Below, one piece after another: positions 14,674-28,045 of a stretch of 64,000 nucleotides of DNA; within the stretch, counting starts at the first letter, position 1, and each line of letters begins with the position of its first letter. The notes beneath the pieces are model-generated. The model was not told the DNA's origin, ran no database searches, and saw nothing but the letters and a program-made list of their open reading frames with translations. This DNA is from Phoronis australis (lineage: Eukaryota; Animalia; Phoronida). The stretch is taken from assembly GCA_002633005.1 (NCBI GenBank), contig NMRA01000269.1, positions 469,169 to 533,168 of the forward strand, written 5' to 3'. The position numbers and the translations under genes were made by a program.

Positions 14674-16769
14674 AAAGTGATTGAGTGTCAGAGACCCACA
14701 ATAGTGACCCTGGACCTCCCGAATGGATTGTCATCTACATTATCAGTTCCAGGAAATCCCTGGACTACAAAGTAATATGTGTCCAATCACCATGCAGTAT
14801 GGGCAAACACGTAAACATTTTGTAGAAAACAACGCTGACATGTGTACTAATCAAAAATTAAAAGTGCATACTAATGGCAATAATCATTTGATGCAAATTC
14901 ATCCCACTTCCGCTGGTACAAAAGAAAATAAAACGATTTCTTCAAAAGCTGGTCTTAACCAGAGATTGATATTTGGCATGACGACATTCACAGTTTGTAG
15001 TGCTAATTAAGTGGGCAATAAGTACAGTGTAAGTGGGACACGATACAGTAAAAGGTATTATTGACGTCAATTCATCAATTTCAGTCAATGAATTCATCAA
15101 AGAAAAGCGAGACATACGCACAACAGCAATAAAATCACAGTCCTGTCAAATTAAAATCTGCTAAACCCCTTTTAACACCCGGCTGTTATCAGTTCGGCAT
15201 AAAACTGCGCAAAACAATGGGAAAATGACAGAATGTAGCAAACACATCAGCTTACGTAAGTACTAAAATGGGTAGAAATACAACACCTAAAAAAGAGCTC
15301 AAATTTTGACTGGCCATACGACTGTTACAATATTGCATCCTAATTACAACTTGCTTAGGTAAGCATAATCAAACTCGGTTTCAGCTTCAACCACACCTGC
15401 TGCTCAACAACAAACAACAATGCTTCAGATTATCAACGAGTTTACGAGAAAAAAAACACTCTCACTAATGAACCATTACTAAACCTTTACTATACAAAAA
15501 CAAACCAATAGCAATTGACTTTCATAACTGCGAATGGGCGGTGACCGGATTTTAGTTAAAGCAAAATTCCACCAGCACACAACACTGCTGTTGAACAGGA
15601 AGTCCTGGCATAGATGTTTCGGAATCATAAATCAACAAATTCCACAGTCTACCTATTGAGCGGCCAGGTTTATATAAGGCTCAGTGGGAATACAACACCT
15701 GTCTGGAGTATTTCAGGTTTGCAATGCGATTAGGGACACACATGCCTCATGTTCAATAAAGTACTCAGTGGAATGTTACTAGTACCAGGCTGCTGAAAGT
15801 CTGGATATCCGCTTTTCCGTGCCAATCCTAAGTAAATGACAACACAATATGCAGTGAAAGGGGAATGAGGGCGAATTTCACTGCAACCTAAACCGGCCTT
15901 AAAAATGGCTACGGCGAATAAGAGCAAATTTCACATAGCCAGTACAACCAAAAACCATTGACATATTATACCAGGCACTGGTGGTGAAACACCTGCACTG
16001 CATTAAACTAAGCCAGGTCTCCAGTAATTTAATTTTACTAAAATGAGCTTGACATTGCTTGGAAGCAGACAATTTGGTCAGCCATTTCCTGTAGAACAAC
16101 TACCCAGTAAAAAGGAACACATAAAGGAAGCTGCTTGCGTGACCTCATCCAACAATGAAACCAGAACATTTCCGAGGTTGTAAATCTGTTAAATAGTAAA
16201 TAGCTTTACAAACACAATGACATCGATATGCAGTGAAATCTCACCAATGTCTGACAAAAATAATTGCCAAAATTGCACTTTTTTGTTAGTTCAAAAGCTT
16301 CTAACATTTTTGAGAATGCCCACAACTTTTCAAAATATTGTATGTTGGAAGCCATGGTGCAGAACTTAGATATGGCGTAGCATCATAATATCATTAACCA
16401 AAATACAAGAAAATAATATTTCACCTGTCCGCCATATTGTATTTCAAACTGATAACATTTAACCATATGATAACTATTGTAAAAAGAGAATTTTATTATG
16501 TATGTGATACTTCTTATTCAGCTCCTAGAAATTTTTGTTCAATTAGTAAATTTTCAAAAAAAAATGTTTTGTCATGACACGACGGTAATCATCCATTTGT
16601 GACTGGTTTTCAGTGGGCAATAGCCGTACTTCAAGAACCAGTTTGATGCCCGTTATTCAGTGGAGAAAACTGGTTCTCAAAATTCGGGCACCTTATATGC
16701 GACCACTACCTTCAGTGGTCAAATCAAAATTACAGTTGTGGAAATTCTTCGCTTATTTAGGAGCACACA

Positions 16770-17085
16770 AAATAGCTGACACGTGAATTTCTATTTTGTC
16801 AAATTTCTCCCAAAAGTTGAAGAGTGAGAAAATTTTAGCCTTTTACTAGCATAGTTTGTATTACGTAGATGTCAAAAAACAATTGGTGAAGTCCTCACTG
16901 TTTATCGCAAAGTAATCAGCTTTCGAAAACTGACGATTTCTGCAATTATTTTTGTGTGATGTAAGTAGACAATTGGCATAACACGGAGCATGACTTAAAC
17001 CATACACAAGTGATCAAAATATGGGCTACATCTTTTGTGGAGAGAGGAAACAGTTCTGCTCGCATGACGTGGCTTCCGCTTCAGA
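16770..17085 (+). repeat. Interspersed repeat family B (other copies ~39890-40195; fragments ~7020-7095 and inverted ~63700-63830)
   Basis: Shared blocks agcct.ttactagcatagtttgta, aatcagcttt.gaaaa.tgac, gacttaaacca.acacaag, gtggcttccg. Confidence 0.75.
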
Positions 17086-18344
17086 CAGTCTCGGTAATTA
17101 TTTTTGTGCAATATCAATGGACTATTACTGGACTAGACAACTGCAGCATCCCGGTAACTTACAAGGTGCTATTTCCTGCCTATACTTATAGCTGGATACA
17201 AGATCAATGGACGGAATCTTCATTCCCTTTAGTGGAAATGAAAGAGAGGTACATACTGTCTACCAGAATAGTTTACAACTACAGTGCAGGCAATATAGTG
17301 CAAGTGATCATCAAACATTGTGAAATTATTGTCAGGTCAACTATATCACACAAAAATGGGATGCCCTGAGAACTGTATTGCTTAGTTTATGACCCACTTT
17401 CCATAGTTTGTCACGATCCACCAGTCAATAACCTCTGGATGTAACTGGCAAAGTGAAAATATATCATTTTAATGTTTTCAGACGACTGTTTAAAATTGGT
17501 TTCGTGTAATTCATGGCTTGCTCAAAATCTTATGACGCACTCGTTTATGTCGGAACATGACCCCAAGTTAATAGCCTAGCATGTTACGTGAACTAGAACT
17601 CTACTCCAAGAAACAAAACGGATTAAACTCGTTTTGAAACTTCCAAATGCAAACTAAACTTGCCACCAGCTAATTATTACCAGTCAAACAACATTATGCC
17701 CACTGAATAGTCATGAAATGCAATTGTACCTGGAATCATGGACTGCCTACTTCGTATACTATCAATGGACGAAATCTGTCACTATTCACTAGCGATACCT
17801 AGCAAAATTAGCAAGTTTTACTTGCGGCAAGTATGTAGTCAGCTAATCATGGTCATTTCGTCGGGATTTGGATCGGCTATTTTGCCCAACTCACATCTGT
17901 GTTTAAACAAACTGAACGCTCGTAAAACATTAACTTTTAAAATAAAGCTCATACTAATACTCTAGAAATAACCACCACGCCTACTCAAAAACCAATCTCG
18001 CACTTCAACAGCTGTTCACTTGACGTCTTCATTTTTTAAAAGCTCGAATGCATGCCGGTGCAGCTCAAAATTTCTGGACTCTACTATTGGAAGACCTTGA
18101 ACAGCGTTTCAATGCTTAAATTATTTTTTTCGTTGTACTAGACAGTAAAATAGATGCGAGAATTTCCCCGTCACAATACAATAACCGGAAACTGAAATTG
18201 GTAATTTAGGAGAGTGGCGCCTCCTCAAGAAAGTATGCAAGAAAATGTCAGAGTTGCGAATCTCTTGTTGATAATCTATGCTGGAATATATATGTTGTAT
18301 CAGGCTTCATAAGCCACATTTGCTCAGAAACAGTTGCCACTGTG

Positions 18345-18730
18345 TCAGTCGTCACGGCACGATTTGCTCCACTTTAGCCACATACAAACTGGATCGGCAT
18401 GAGTCACTACACAAAGACTGTCTGCGTCTGCTCGCATAAAGCGAATGTCCAAACCATGTAGAATCCCAGCGGAACACCCATATATACGCTATTGTGCAAG
18501 CGCATTGAAAAATGATCCCTTTCCGCCCAGCCCCAGTTGTGTTTAGACAGGTAATTGAAACTGGGGCAAATGATCGCTCTACCTCTCAAACCGGTCTCAA
18601 AAATGGCCACCTTGATGTCAACTTGCTGCATGTCAGTCGTGTTAACACACACACACACACACACACACTTGCTCCCAATCAGCTGTTCTGTGTTAGTTGC
18701 TCCTGTCTCTCGTGTGGTAAATGCAACTAT
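18345..18730. mobile_element. Inverted, diverged copy of the 46327-46719 MITE with a (CA)n microsatellite at ~18646-18668
   Basis: Shared blocks such as cccatatata.gct.ttg.gcaagcgcattgaaa and cttgc.cccaatcag.tgttc.g.gttagttgctcc. Confidence 0.65.
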
Positions 18731-21700
18731 AAGATGTGAAATGGTAATATTAAAATGGCCTACAGTGCACTGTTCTATACACCTGTCAGTTGAGACAAAT
18801 GTCACCTTCGCATCAATGCCACAATTTCCTTGTTTTGACGAGTTTTGGATAGTGGGAAAGCGTAACTCTCCGACTTTAACCGCCAACATAAACCCTCTCA
18901 AAAATTGGTTTATTACACTGTGGAGTTGCACAACAGCGGGATCGCTTAACTGCACTGTCACAAGAGTAATCTCAACATGCAATACATTCAATTGAGAGAG
19001 CAAATCAACTACGCCATCTGGTGACTGATACAGAGAACTAGAGATTACGCTAAGAGGAGTTGTGATGGAGTTTCGGAAGGCTAGAATTTCTGTAAAAGGA
19101 GAAAGACAAAAACACTATGATATTTATTAAGAAGGGAAACACTGCTTTAATTTTGTAATAATGCACTTCAGCGAAAACTTGTTAACCAATCGATCAATCA
19201 ACACCTACACGAAGAGACAGCCTAGACAGAAATTTAACTTTTAACTAGATGAAAAACTGTCAATAATATAGGTACACAACAACACATAAGTATTTATAGT
19301 GCCACCCACACTACCAGTTACCCAAAAACAACAAGCCCTGGAGCAACTTGCCCCCAGTTAACCCAGTCTTTACACTACACACTCAACACCTTACAACAAA
19401 TGTCATCCAACAGAATCAGAGGGCCATAATTATGTAACTGAGCAAGTGCACAGCTGGTAATGGCTTCTGCTGTGTCAGTAGGTTTACCTCCACACTACCA
19501 CTTGTCCTTGAGCTTGTTACCCTAGAACAAGTTACCTCACCTGGATAAGGTGGGTGAATTGTCAAATTGGGATCATGAAATTTCTTGACCAGAAATCATC
19601 AAACAGTGACCTCGGAATGGGTTTGGATGACCTGGCGAACATTCCAAGTTGCCTCGAAGTTGCCAGTGCGAGTATCAAAGTCGGACAATAATTCCCTCTA
19701 AATTCATTTCAGAGTTTGTGTTGACTTCCAAACTTAAAATTACTTACAATTTTCCCAGATTTATTACTTTTGATTCACAATTGTTCCATTCATTTCAAGA
19801 AATCTGCGTACTTGGCACCATGCTTAAATTACAACAGGAAATAAGCAGACTGAAGTCAGAACTGTTCGGCCAAGATCGGTAAAATTGGCAACAGCCCATG
19901 TGGTTGTCTGCACTCTATATTCGTTCGTTGGCGGGAGGAATTGTGTTAGAGGATAAGGTATGCCAACACTTAGGGCATGCGCAGGGAAAAATGGAGGAGC
20001 GCAAGAGAAAGAGTGGTGTTATGGCTGTTTTTGGTTGACGAACTTTAGCGACTGATCGGAAACCTCAGAATTCCTTTCGGTATCTGAGATTTTCAGTTCT
20101 GGCAATCTCAGATTTCTTTAGGCGACTTGGGATTTTCACCTGGTCGTCGATTGCGACTTGATGTTTAGACAATTTTAGTTTGCACTCCATAACGGTCAAT
20201 ACATTCTCAAGGTTTCAAATTTACTAGCTGACACACCACTAAATTACATCATCCACATTTACAGATTTTCATTGTTGGTAATTGACTTCAGGTCAACTGG
20301 ATACGAAATCTCATTGGTTTGAAAGCCGGAAGCCATCATAGAGAACCTATCAGATGTCTTAGCTGGTTGAACTTCCAGAACCATCGAAGTCAATCAAACA
20401 TACCCATGATGTCATGAAGCTCACCAATGTGTTACTGTACTTGCTTCAGTCAAGTCAGCACCTCACAGGGGATGCAATTTGAATCCAAACTCCACTGGTA
20501 AATATACCACAGGTCTAAGATATACAGAAAATGTGGCAGCAAAGGTATGCTTGACCTTTAACCTCCACAGGAAAAGATAATTACTGAAACAAAAAGAATG
20601 CTAATCTGCTAATATACACTCAGCCAGTTCTTACGGCCTGTATGTACACAGCAGACATTCCTGAACTTTCCATGAGCACAATCAGTGCCAGTCGGAGGAA
20701 AAAGCAACTTCAACAAGCACTGCGGAGCCAAGTGTCCACTTAAGAACATGATCTTAATTGAATATTAGCTCACACATGAACTTCTACATGGAAACATAGT
20801 ATTAATCATTGTTGGCCTTTTGGAGGAAAAAGTTAATCCAGACTAGTTACAAATTTGCTTAAGAAAAATGCTGTTGAGTGTCTAAAATTCAGCCACGTAC
20901 CATCTTGTTGACTTATGCAGCAGATGGCAAAAACTAGGCTTCTATGAAATTCAAACTGCAGTAATGATGGATATACAAAACGTAGGCTGTATGTGAACAA
21001 GACACAAGAGATAACGTGCAACAGATAAACCAAACCTACAATCATACTGTCACAAACAAGCTTTACTTAACAGGAAAATCTACCAGGAGTCCCACAGCTT
21101 GTCCTGGAAGACCAACACCACTGCAGGGCGCACTTTTAAAAAGCTGTCAAGGTACATAAAGCACAACCTGACTAAGTGGCCTTATGTAGGATTATTCTAT
21201 ACCTACAAGGAACAAAGGTAGTCTCTCCAGTAAACACTCTTCCTGGATATGCCAATGCTACTGAAGTTTTAAATGTAGGGAAAAGCAGAACAACTCTTAC
21301 ATAATGACATGACAACTGATAAGGGAAACCAATACACTGCAACAGACAGGGATAGAATGCAGAATCAACATTAAACTACTGTAGGCAATTGATCAAAGAT
21401 AATACAGTCAAAAATGCCATGGCTCTGGAATTTCATAAACATTTATTGTTGTGTCTTACGGCTAGTATTTTAGCATGAAAAAGTAAAGTTTTACAGTCAG
21501 AAATTCTTCACAACCGGTAATTGATTGTATGTCCCCATTGACAAGTCATTGTTCCCATTTCACTCTTAATAACAGCATTTTTGAAGTCAGACCGGTATTT
21601 TTTATCTGAAGTCGATGGTGGCCATGACACCCAAAATTCAGAAAAAAATTAATCTTATACTAATTAGTAACAATTAAATGTACATCACAAATATAATAAC

Positions 21701-21748
21701 TTAGTCACTTCTTCTATACAAAATTTGTGACATTAGCCAATGTCTCAC

Positions 21749-21955
21749 CTTTCCGACCCTCTACAAGAGAGGTAAGTACTACTGTGGACCAGCATGTCAA
21801 AAACACAGAGTGAAAACACTGCACCTTCAAGAATTACGCTGAAGTGCCTCTTGAGTGGGGACACAGAAAAAGTGGCCTTTGTGAGGCAACTTAACTCTGA
21901 TAATAAACTGCTTTTACTGACAGTCAAGCCAGAAAGTTCTTTAAAAAGGCAGGAC
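21749..21955 (-). CDS. Candidate internal exon of the unidentified leftward gene (SCLFKELSGLTVSKSS...YLSCRGSE)
   Basis: tgcag| acceptor, AG|gtgaga donor; 207 nt, open in the phase 2-2 frame compatible with 24658-24680. No recognisable domain. Confidence 0.25.
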
Positions 21956-23198
21956 CTGCATTAAAGCCAGTTACAGATCACAATAAACACTATCATTGAG
22001 ACCTCGGTAGAGTTTAGTGGAAATGACATCCATGGTATATTTGTGCGTAATGGAGAGTACCAATACTGTGGATCTAGGAACCAATCTCATATTGGTTCCT
22101 AGTGTAGAATCACCTCACTATAATACAACCAAGTTCTGACAACAGATTCTACAGGGTTGGGAAGGGGGGGGCAAACCACCCTAGGCGGAACTTTGAGAAG
22201 AGGTGGTGATGGCAACAGGATAAGTGGTGCAAAAATGGTCCAGACCGGGGTGGGAACACCCCTGATACCAATAACCATATCTTTCTACTGTTGTGAAAGT
22301 AATTGTGGTAGAACACCATTACGAACCTTTGTTAATCACTTATGGGCAATTGATTTTTAGCCGAACGTTTAAAATGATAAACTTTGACTTTGGGGCAGGG
22401 GGTTGAGGGTTTGATACCTTGCTTGCTTCTTAGCTAAATGGTTGAAATGGCAAACTTTGGTACAGGGGCGCGAGGGTTCAAAACTTTGCTGGACCAAGAA
22501 AATGTAGTGATGGGTTACAACGACCAGTGGGTAGAATACACGTCCTCAAGATAGGGATGGAGATAGGGCTAAGGGGCCTACCAAGAATTCATACCAGATG
22601 GTGTCAATGTGAATTTCATCACTAGACACAATCGAGTAATTACAACACAATGAATGTTTTCGACCGTTCAGTGTGTGTGTGCTTTATCCTCAGTATGATG
22701 GCTTGGTGGACTTGCGGTCACGTGATGAAGTTCTTGTCTTGGGCCACATGGCATGTCCACATACTAGTAACGATCATTCTGGGTATGATTGCAACAGACG
22801 ACAGTCGAAAATGTTATTGTAAGTATTTGATTGAGTCTTATGTAATTCGCCTGATATTCGGCCAGACCGATTAAACTATTTAGCGTGTCAATGTTCCGCA
22901 GAAGGGAAAGTGTTTACACATAATAATTATTCGCCTACAACCAAACTGCGCTTTGGCGGAATGGTTAAGATAACTGACTGGTACGGCTTCGGTCCCAAAA
23001 GGCACCAAGAACATCTACCAATCAGCTTTGCAGCATCACTGAACATAATAATTAAACTTGGTCTAGTAATACATACGTTTTTAATACTACTTGGTGTAGC
23101 TAAATGAAAAGGAATTCTACGCTAGAAAAGAACAGCAGAGCAGTGTCATCGTACTGTGCATCACGCTACCCCAGTTGATTGATGTCTCTAGCTAGACC

Positions 23199-23908
23199 CA
23201 GTAAAGACTGTGAAGCTCAGTAGGAGCAGAAGTTTTTGTGGCATAATTCGAAATTATGCCTCACACTGATTAAAATATTAAAGTCCCGTGGCTATAACAA
23301 CCTTGTGCATATAAAGGGACACCTTAGGATGCTGACGATGTCTTCAATTCCTTCCAACTCGAACAAATATTCCCGTAATCAAACTTTTTCTTCGACCAGT
23401 CTTTCAATCAGTTAGTTTTTTTAACAGTGTGCACGCTCCTGGCAGGCATGGTAAGAATAGGAGAGTGCACAGTATAAAAATGGCTAGTTGCCGACTTAGG
23501 CAACTGAGCGAAGGACTACCCAAAGAAGAAGTTTGATTATGGTGATTATGGGAGTATTTGTTAGAGTTGGAAAGAATTAAAGACATCAAAGGCCTCCTAA
23601 GGAAGGTATCCCTCTCTATGTGTAAAAGGTACTCAAAACAAAGTGACAGGTAGTGTGACATCATGTCGCCTGGCGTGTGCAGTGTAAAAATGGCGAGTTA
23701 CCGATTTTGGCAACAGAACGAGGGACTGCTCGAAGAAGAAGTTTGATAACGGCCAAGAGAATTTCTTCGAGTTGGAAGGAATTAAGATACATCAATGGCC
23801 TCCTAAGGTTCCCTCTAAGTGTAAAAGGTAGCAATGTAACTTTGATGTTCTAGTCAGTGTGAGGCATAATTCGGCGAAAAGCTTCCAGCATATGAAGCTC
23901 CTATAGGA
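23199..23908. mobile_element. Older, partial copies of the same palindromic MITE (one decayed palindrome plus an extra arm)
   Basis: Diverged arms at ~23200-23430 (one orientation), ~23465-23630 and ~23670-23908 (other orientation). Confidence 0.75.
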
Positions 23909-24508
23909 GTAGACAGTGATCATTGTCCTACTGGCACGTAGGACCGTGGAGCTAGTTTAGGCGCTTCATACGCCGGAAGCTTTTCGGCGAATTATGCCTT
24001 GCACTGACTAAAACATTAGTCACATTGTTATAAATACCTTTTGCCCATTGAGGGACACCTTAGGAGGACGTTGGTGTATGTAATTCTTTCCAACTCAAAC
24101 AAATACTCCCGTTATCAAACTTTTTCTTCAAGCAGTCCCTCGTTCAGTTCCCAAAATCGGTAATTCACCATTTTTAACACTGCGCACGCCAGGTGGTATG
24201 ACTTCATATCCCCTGGTGGGCGCAGTGTTAAAAGTGATGCGTTACCGATTTTGGGAACTGAACGAGGGACTGCTCAAAGAAAACGTTTGATAACGGGAGT
24301 TTTTGCTCGAGTTGGAAGAAATTAAATACATCAACGGCCTCCAAAGGTGTCCCTCAATGCGCAAAAGGTATTTATAACAACGTACCATCAACGTTTTACT
24401 TAGTCAGTGCGAGGCATAATTCGCCGAAAATCCTCCAGCGTACGAAGCGCCTATAGGAGCTTCACAGTCTCTACTGCGAAGCCAGTAGAGACTGTGGTCA
24501 CTGTCTAC
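23909..24508. mobile_element. Palindromic ~600-bp MITE (arms ~285 bp, centre ~24195-24212)
   Basis: GTAGACAGTGA ... TCACTGTCTAC ends; arms reverse-complementary throughout (e.g. gcagtccctcgttcagttcccaaaatcggtaa / ttaccgattttgggaactgaacgagggactgc). Confidence 0.85.
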
Positions 24509-24657
24509 ATAACTGCTCGTTCCTTAGAAACCTGACACAGAAGTAACAGATTTCAATGAAATTGGTCAAAGTGCTCTGCAACACATTCACAACCGGTTAC
24601 AAAGATTTCAATTTAGCAGATCCAAAAAGTACACAGGATGACAACTTGTAAACTTAC

Positions 24658-24680
24658 CCAGCGTGTCCACCTTGAGCCAT
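24658..24680 (-). CDS. Candidate first coding mini-exon (MAQGGHAG) of an unidentified leftward gene
   Basis: ATG at 24680 followed by a perfect GG|gtaagt donor (phase 2); relatively CpG-rich promoter-like sequence at ~24750-25400. Confidence 0.35.
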
Positions 24681-26799
24681 TGACAGGTTTCACTTGTTCA
24701 CTTTAATATAGATTAGAAAAATGTCACCAGGCACTCTTTGGTCTCTTGAATGGGATCGGTGAGAATGGTCAAATTTCTTTCGTCTCGACTCGGCAAAAGT
24801 TTCGGAACCGCTGTTGTTCCGACAGCACAAAAACGTCTACATATTTGATTAAAACGTTTTCTTAACTCTCGATTCTATCGCACAAAGTCCTTTCAATACT
24901 CACGAAAATCCAAATACAAACAAGTACCACCCAAAAACCAAAAAATTCGCAATAGAAAGTAACAAAAAACCACCACCACTTCTAACCTATCGACTTATTT
25001 ACAGATGTTCCGCTCGGTTCGCTAATTTTCATATTACTACGCTGAGCAGCTGAGAAAGAGGTCTTTGCAATTACGGTAAGAATTAGTTCATAAAATGAAT
25101 GTGGATTTGGGATTATATGATTATTTCATTGATATCTGGTGTGACGTTTTATAATTGTTCATGGATTTTAAATGTTTTTGAAGGAAATGTCACGAAAATG
25201 AGACCTTGCAAGTAGGACTTGTCTACATTGACCACGTGACCTAACTGGGTCACGTAAATATAGGTTACAGTCGAGGGGACTCCCCGACAGATGCGCCGCG
25301 ATTGAGGGGGAATGTCCCGCCGGAATTATGTCCACGGGGCCTGTGTGGTGTAAGCTCGGTGGCCTTGTGTGAGAAAGGACCAGAATTTCACCCCTTTCCA
25401 ATAATGTTCAGGTTTCTGATTTTCTTTCCCTCTGAAATGATACCCTTTTCAAGATTTTTTGTCCTGCACCGGTATATCCACTCCCCGGCATTTTCCACTG
25501 ATACAAAAATTAATGTTCTAAAATGCTACCTTTCACCTGAGCCAGGGTATGATCGGGTAGGATACTAAGTTTGGGATCCTTTCCACGAAATTTGAAGAGT
25601 TTTCGAGACTGTTTCTTGTTGAATCTTGGTCCTTTTTTGCGAATAGCGTTTAGACCTCGAAAACAAGTTTTCGTGATTCCAATGTTTCGTTGTGGCGTAC
25701 GTATTAGAGTGACACCGCACCCTGGGGGTGTTGGGCAACACCGATTGGACGAGTACGGTACCAACAACTTCCAGACTATGAAGAGCTGATACACATTTTA
25801 TTTCAACGACAAACAAAATTGAAACTCATACATTACTTGTCGTTCTAGTTCACTCCAGTGAAGCATGACAACTTGAATTGTATCGCGTCAGCATATTTTA
25901 CAATCAATTTCCTCCGTCATCATTGAAATACAATATCCGACAATAAATAAACAGTCAGTTTATTTTTTCGACTTGGCGTTACATGATTAAAAAGGTCATT
26001 TCCTTCATAATCCCTAACTGAAATGTAAAACCCAGGCAAAATAAAAAGCCCAAGTCTTTACCTGGGTGTATCGAAAGTGGTACGTATTTTTACCTTTCCC
26101 GCTTCCTGAAAGCCCTATGGTACTTCCTGAAACAATGAACTGCTGCTTTGTCAACTCCACGAAATCAATTGTTTTCGTCTGAAACTCGCCATACAAGTCA
26201 TCATTTTGGGAAATCTACAAAACTTAGATTGAAATGCTTAATCGCGGAAAGTAGGTCCACGGAACATCCTTTGGGGGCGACTATTAGCAGAAATGGCCTA
26301 CCTTAATGACACTACCTTAACTGAAATTTTTTTCTCTTTACAATATCATGGGCACGTAAAAGGAACATTAAAATCACCTTTTCATATGTCATTATACCAG
26401 AATCGTGACAACAGGGGAAAGCTTTCAACGTTTGTTTTTGATGCTATCATACATGCATCCACTCGGGGGAAAACCAGACAATTTAATATCTTATTCACGA
26501 AATTAAAAGAACTTTAGGAGTCCACCTGTCGTTGAATTTTACAAATTCAGTTTTTGGAAAACATGCATTCTCACACACCTGGAACACTAAGAAAATGCAT
26601 TTCTCGATCTAAGGTCAAAAATAACATAAATGGTTATAGTCTGTGCTTTTTTAGAATTGATGCAGCGACGCGTTACTTTTTAGTTAAACATATTTTTCAA
26701 AACAGTTATGGATGGATATGACCTGAAGTGATGTGGGATTTTCCAGCTTCAGCGACCCTGTGACGCACTTGGATGTAACCTGACAGGAGGGGGGGGGGG

Positions 26800-26806
26800 N
26801 NNNNNN
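26800..26806. other. Assembly gap (7 N) next to a poly-G run
   Basis: N run in the sequence. Confidence 0.98.
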
Positions 26807-27837
26807 TCAATACTTCGTATTCCACTTTCGAAAAGAAGAACTTCGCTAAATGTAGCGTGGGCGCTTTCTTCTTTAAGTTAGTCACACGTTTAAAAAAATG
26901 AGTCGGGCGCATACCTAAACCAGTTATTTTGTAGTTTACCTAACCTTACATACTGAAAAGAGTTTGATGTACTACTAATAAAAATGCCAGGAACCTCAAA
27001 TAACAAAACATTAACTTTTCACACATTTGGACCCTCACTGCAGTGGTCTACAGATACCCGTGCTAATATGCACGTCCGTACTAGACGATTCGCGACGATT
27101 AGTCAGAATCTAACCAATTGTGAAATGGCTTGTAACGTGTCTTTGTTTATGGCTCTTGTTGAAGCAAATGTCTTGTGCCTCAGTCTGGCTCTGTCCGAAT
27201 GGAAAAGCCATAAAACCCCATAGATCTGTAGTACTTATGAAAAGTTGTAAACTGACTCCCGGCCACTGCTGTTGCTCAATTGTTCCCAGCTGGCTTAAAA
27301 ACTAATCTCGCATTACTCCCCTTATTCTCATAAAGCTATCTCATAATATTCCTTGCCGTGATAGGATTGAATTTCCGTTACTCAAACTGCAGGTAATATG
27401 TATATTAAGCGCCATTTTCGAATTCACAAGTTTAGGGTTGGCCAATTTTAGGCGTTCTCTCGATGGACTGTTGCTGTTGTTGGAAACGGAAACAGAATTC
27501 CGATACGCTAAAAAATATTATGGGACAGATTTCATAAGATTAAAACGCTTAATTCCATTTTGGTTTTTAGTCAGCTAAACACGGCGAAATGCAACTTTAA
27601 ATGTACAGTTATCAAAACCTCAAAACGGTAACCTTAAAATGCCATTTACAAGTAGATTCTAAATATCAGCACAAACAGAAAGCTGCAGCCTATCACAATC
27701 TCAGTCTGAAACGTCCAAATGAATAAGGCATGAGCAATCCTGAGATTGAAAGAGTCGTATCTGAAACACAGCAAGCACCTACAAACATTTGACGTTGTCA
27801 CCACGTTTTTGCATGATGCCAAATCGAACGTCGGATG

Positions 27838-28045
27838 CATGCGCGCACTCAGCCTAAAATATGGAGGGGTCGAATTTTTCGGTATGCGGACCTTTTACTG
27901 ACTAAGAAAAACGAGCCACAAGGTTCAAGCCTACGAATTGTGCGTCCGCGCAGAATTCATGTGAACTTTGTCTCGTTTCCCGTACTTTTTATTTCGCGGA
28001 TCTTTTTGCCCAATTCGAGGCCCCCCCCTCCTGGGTGCGCCCATG
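27838..28045. mobile_element. Short MITE with CATG(C/G)GCGCAC(T/C)CAG TIRs
   Basis: catgcgcgcactcag at the start and ctgggtgcgcccatg at the end (13/15 match); no clear TSD. Confidence 0.55.

Noticed and set aside
18407-19003. 198-aa minus-strand and 146-aa plus-strand ORFs
   Set aside because: They overlap a MITE copy and a (CA)n tract, show no domain and no convincing splice structure; chance ORFs.
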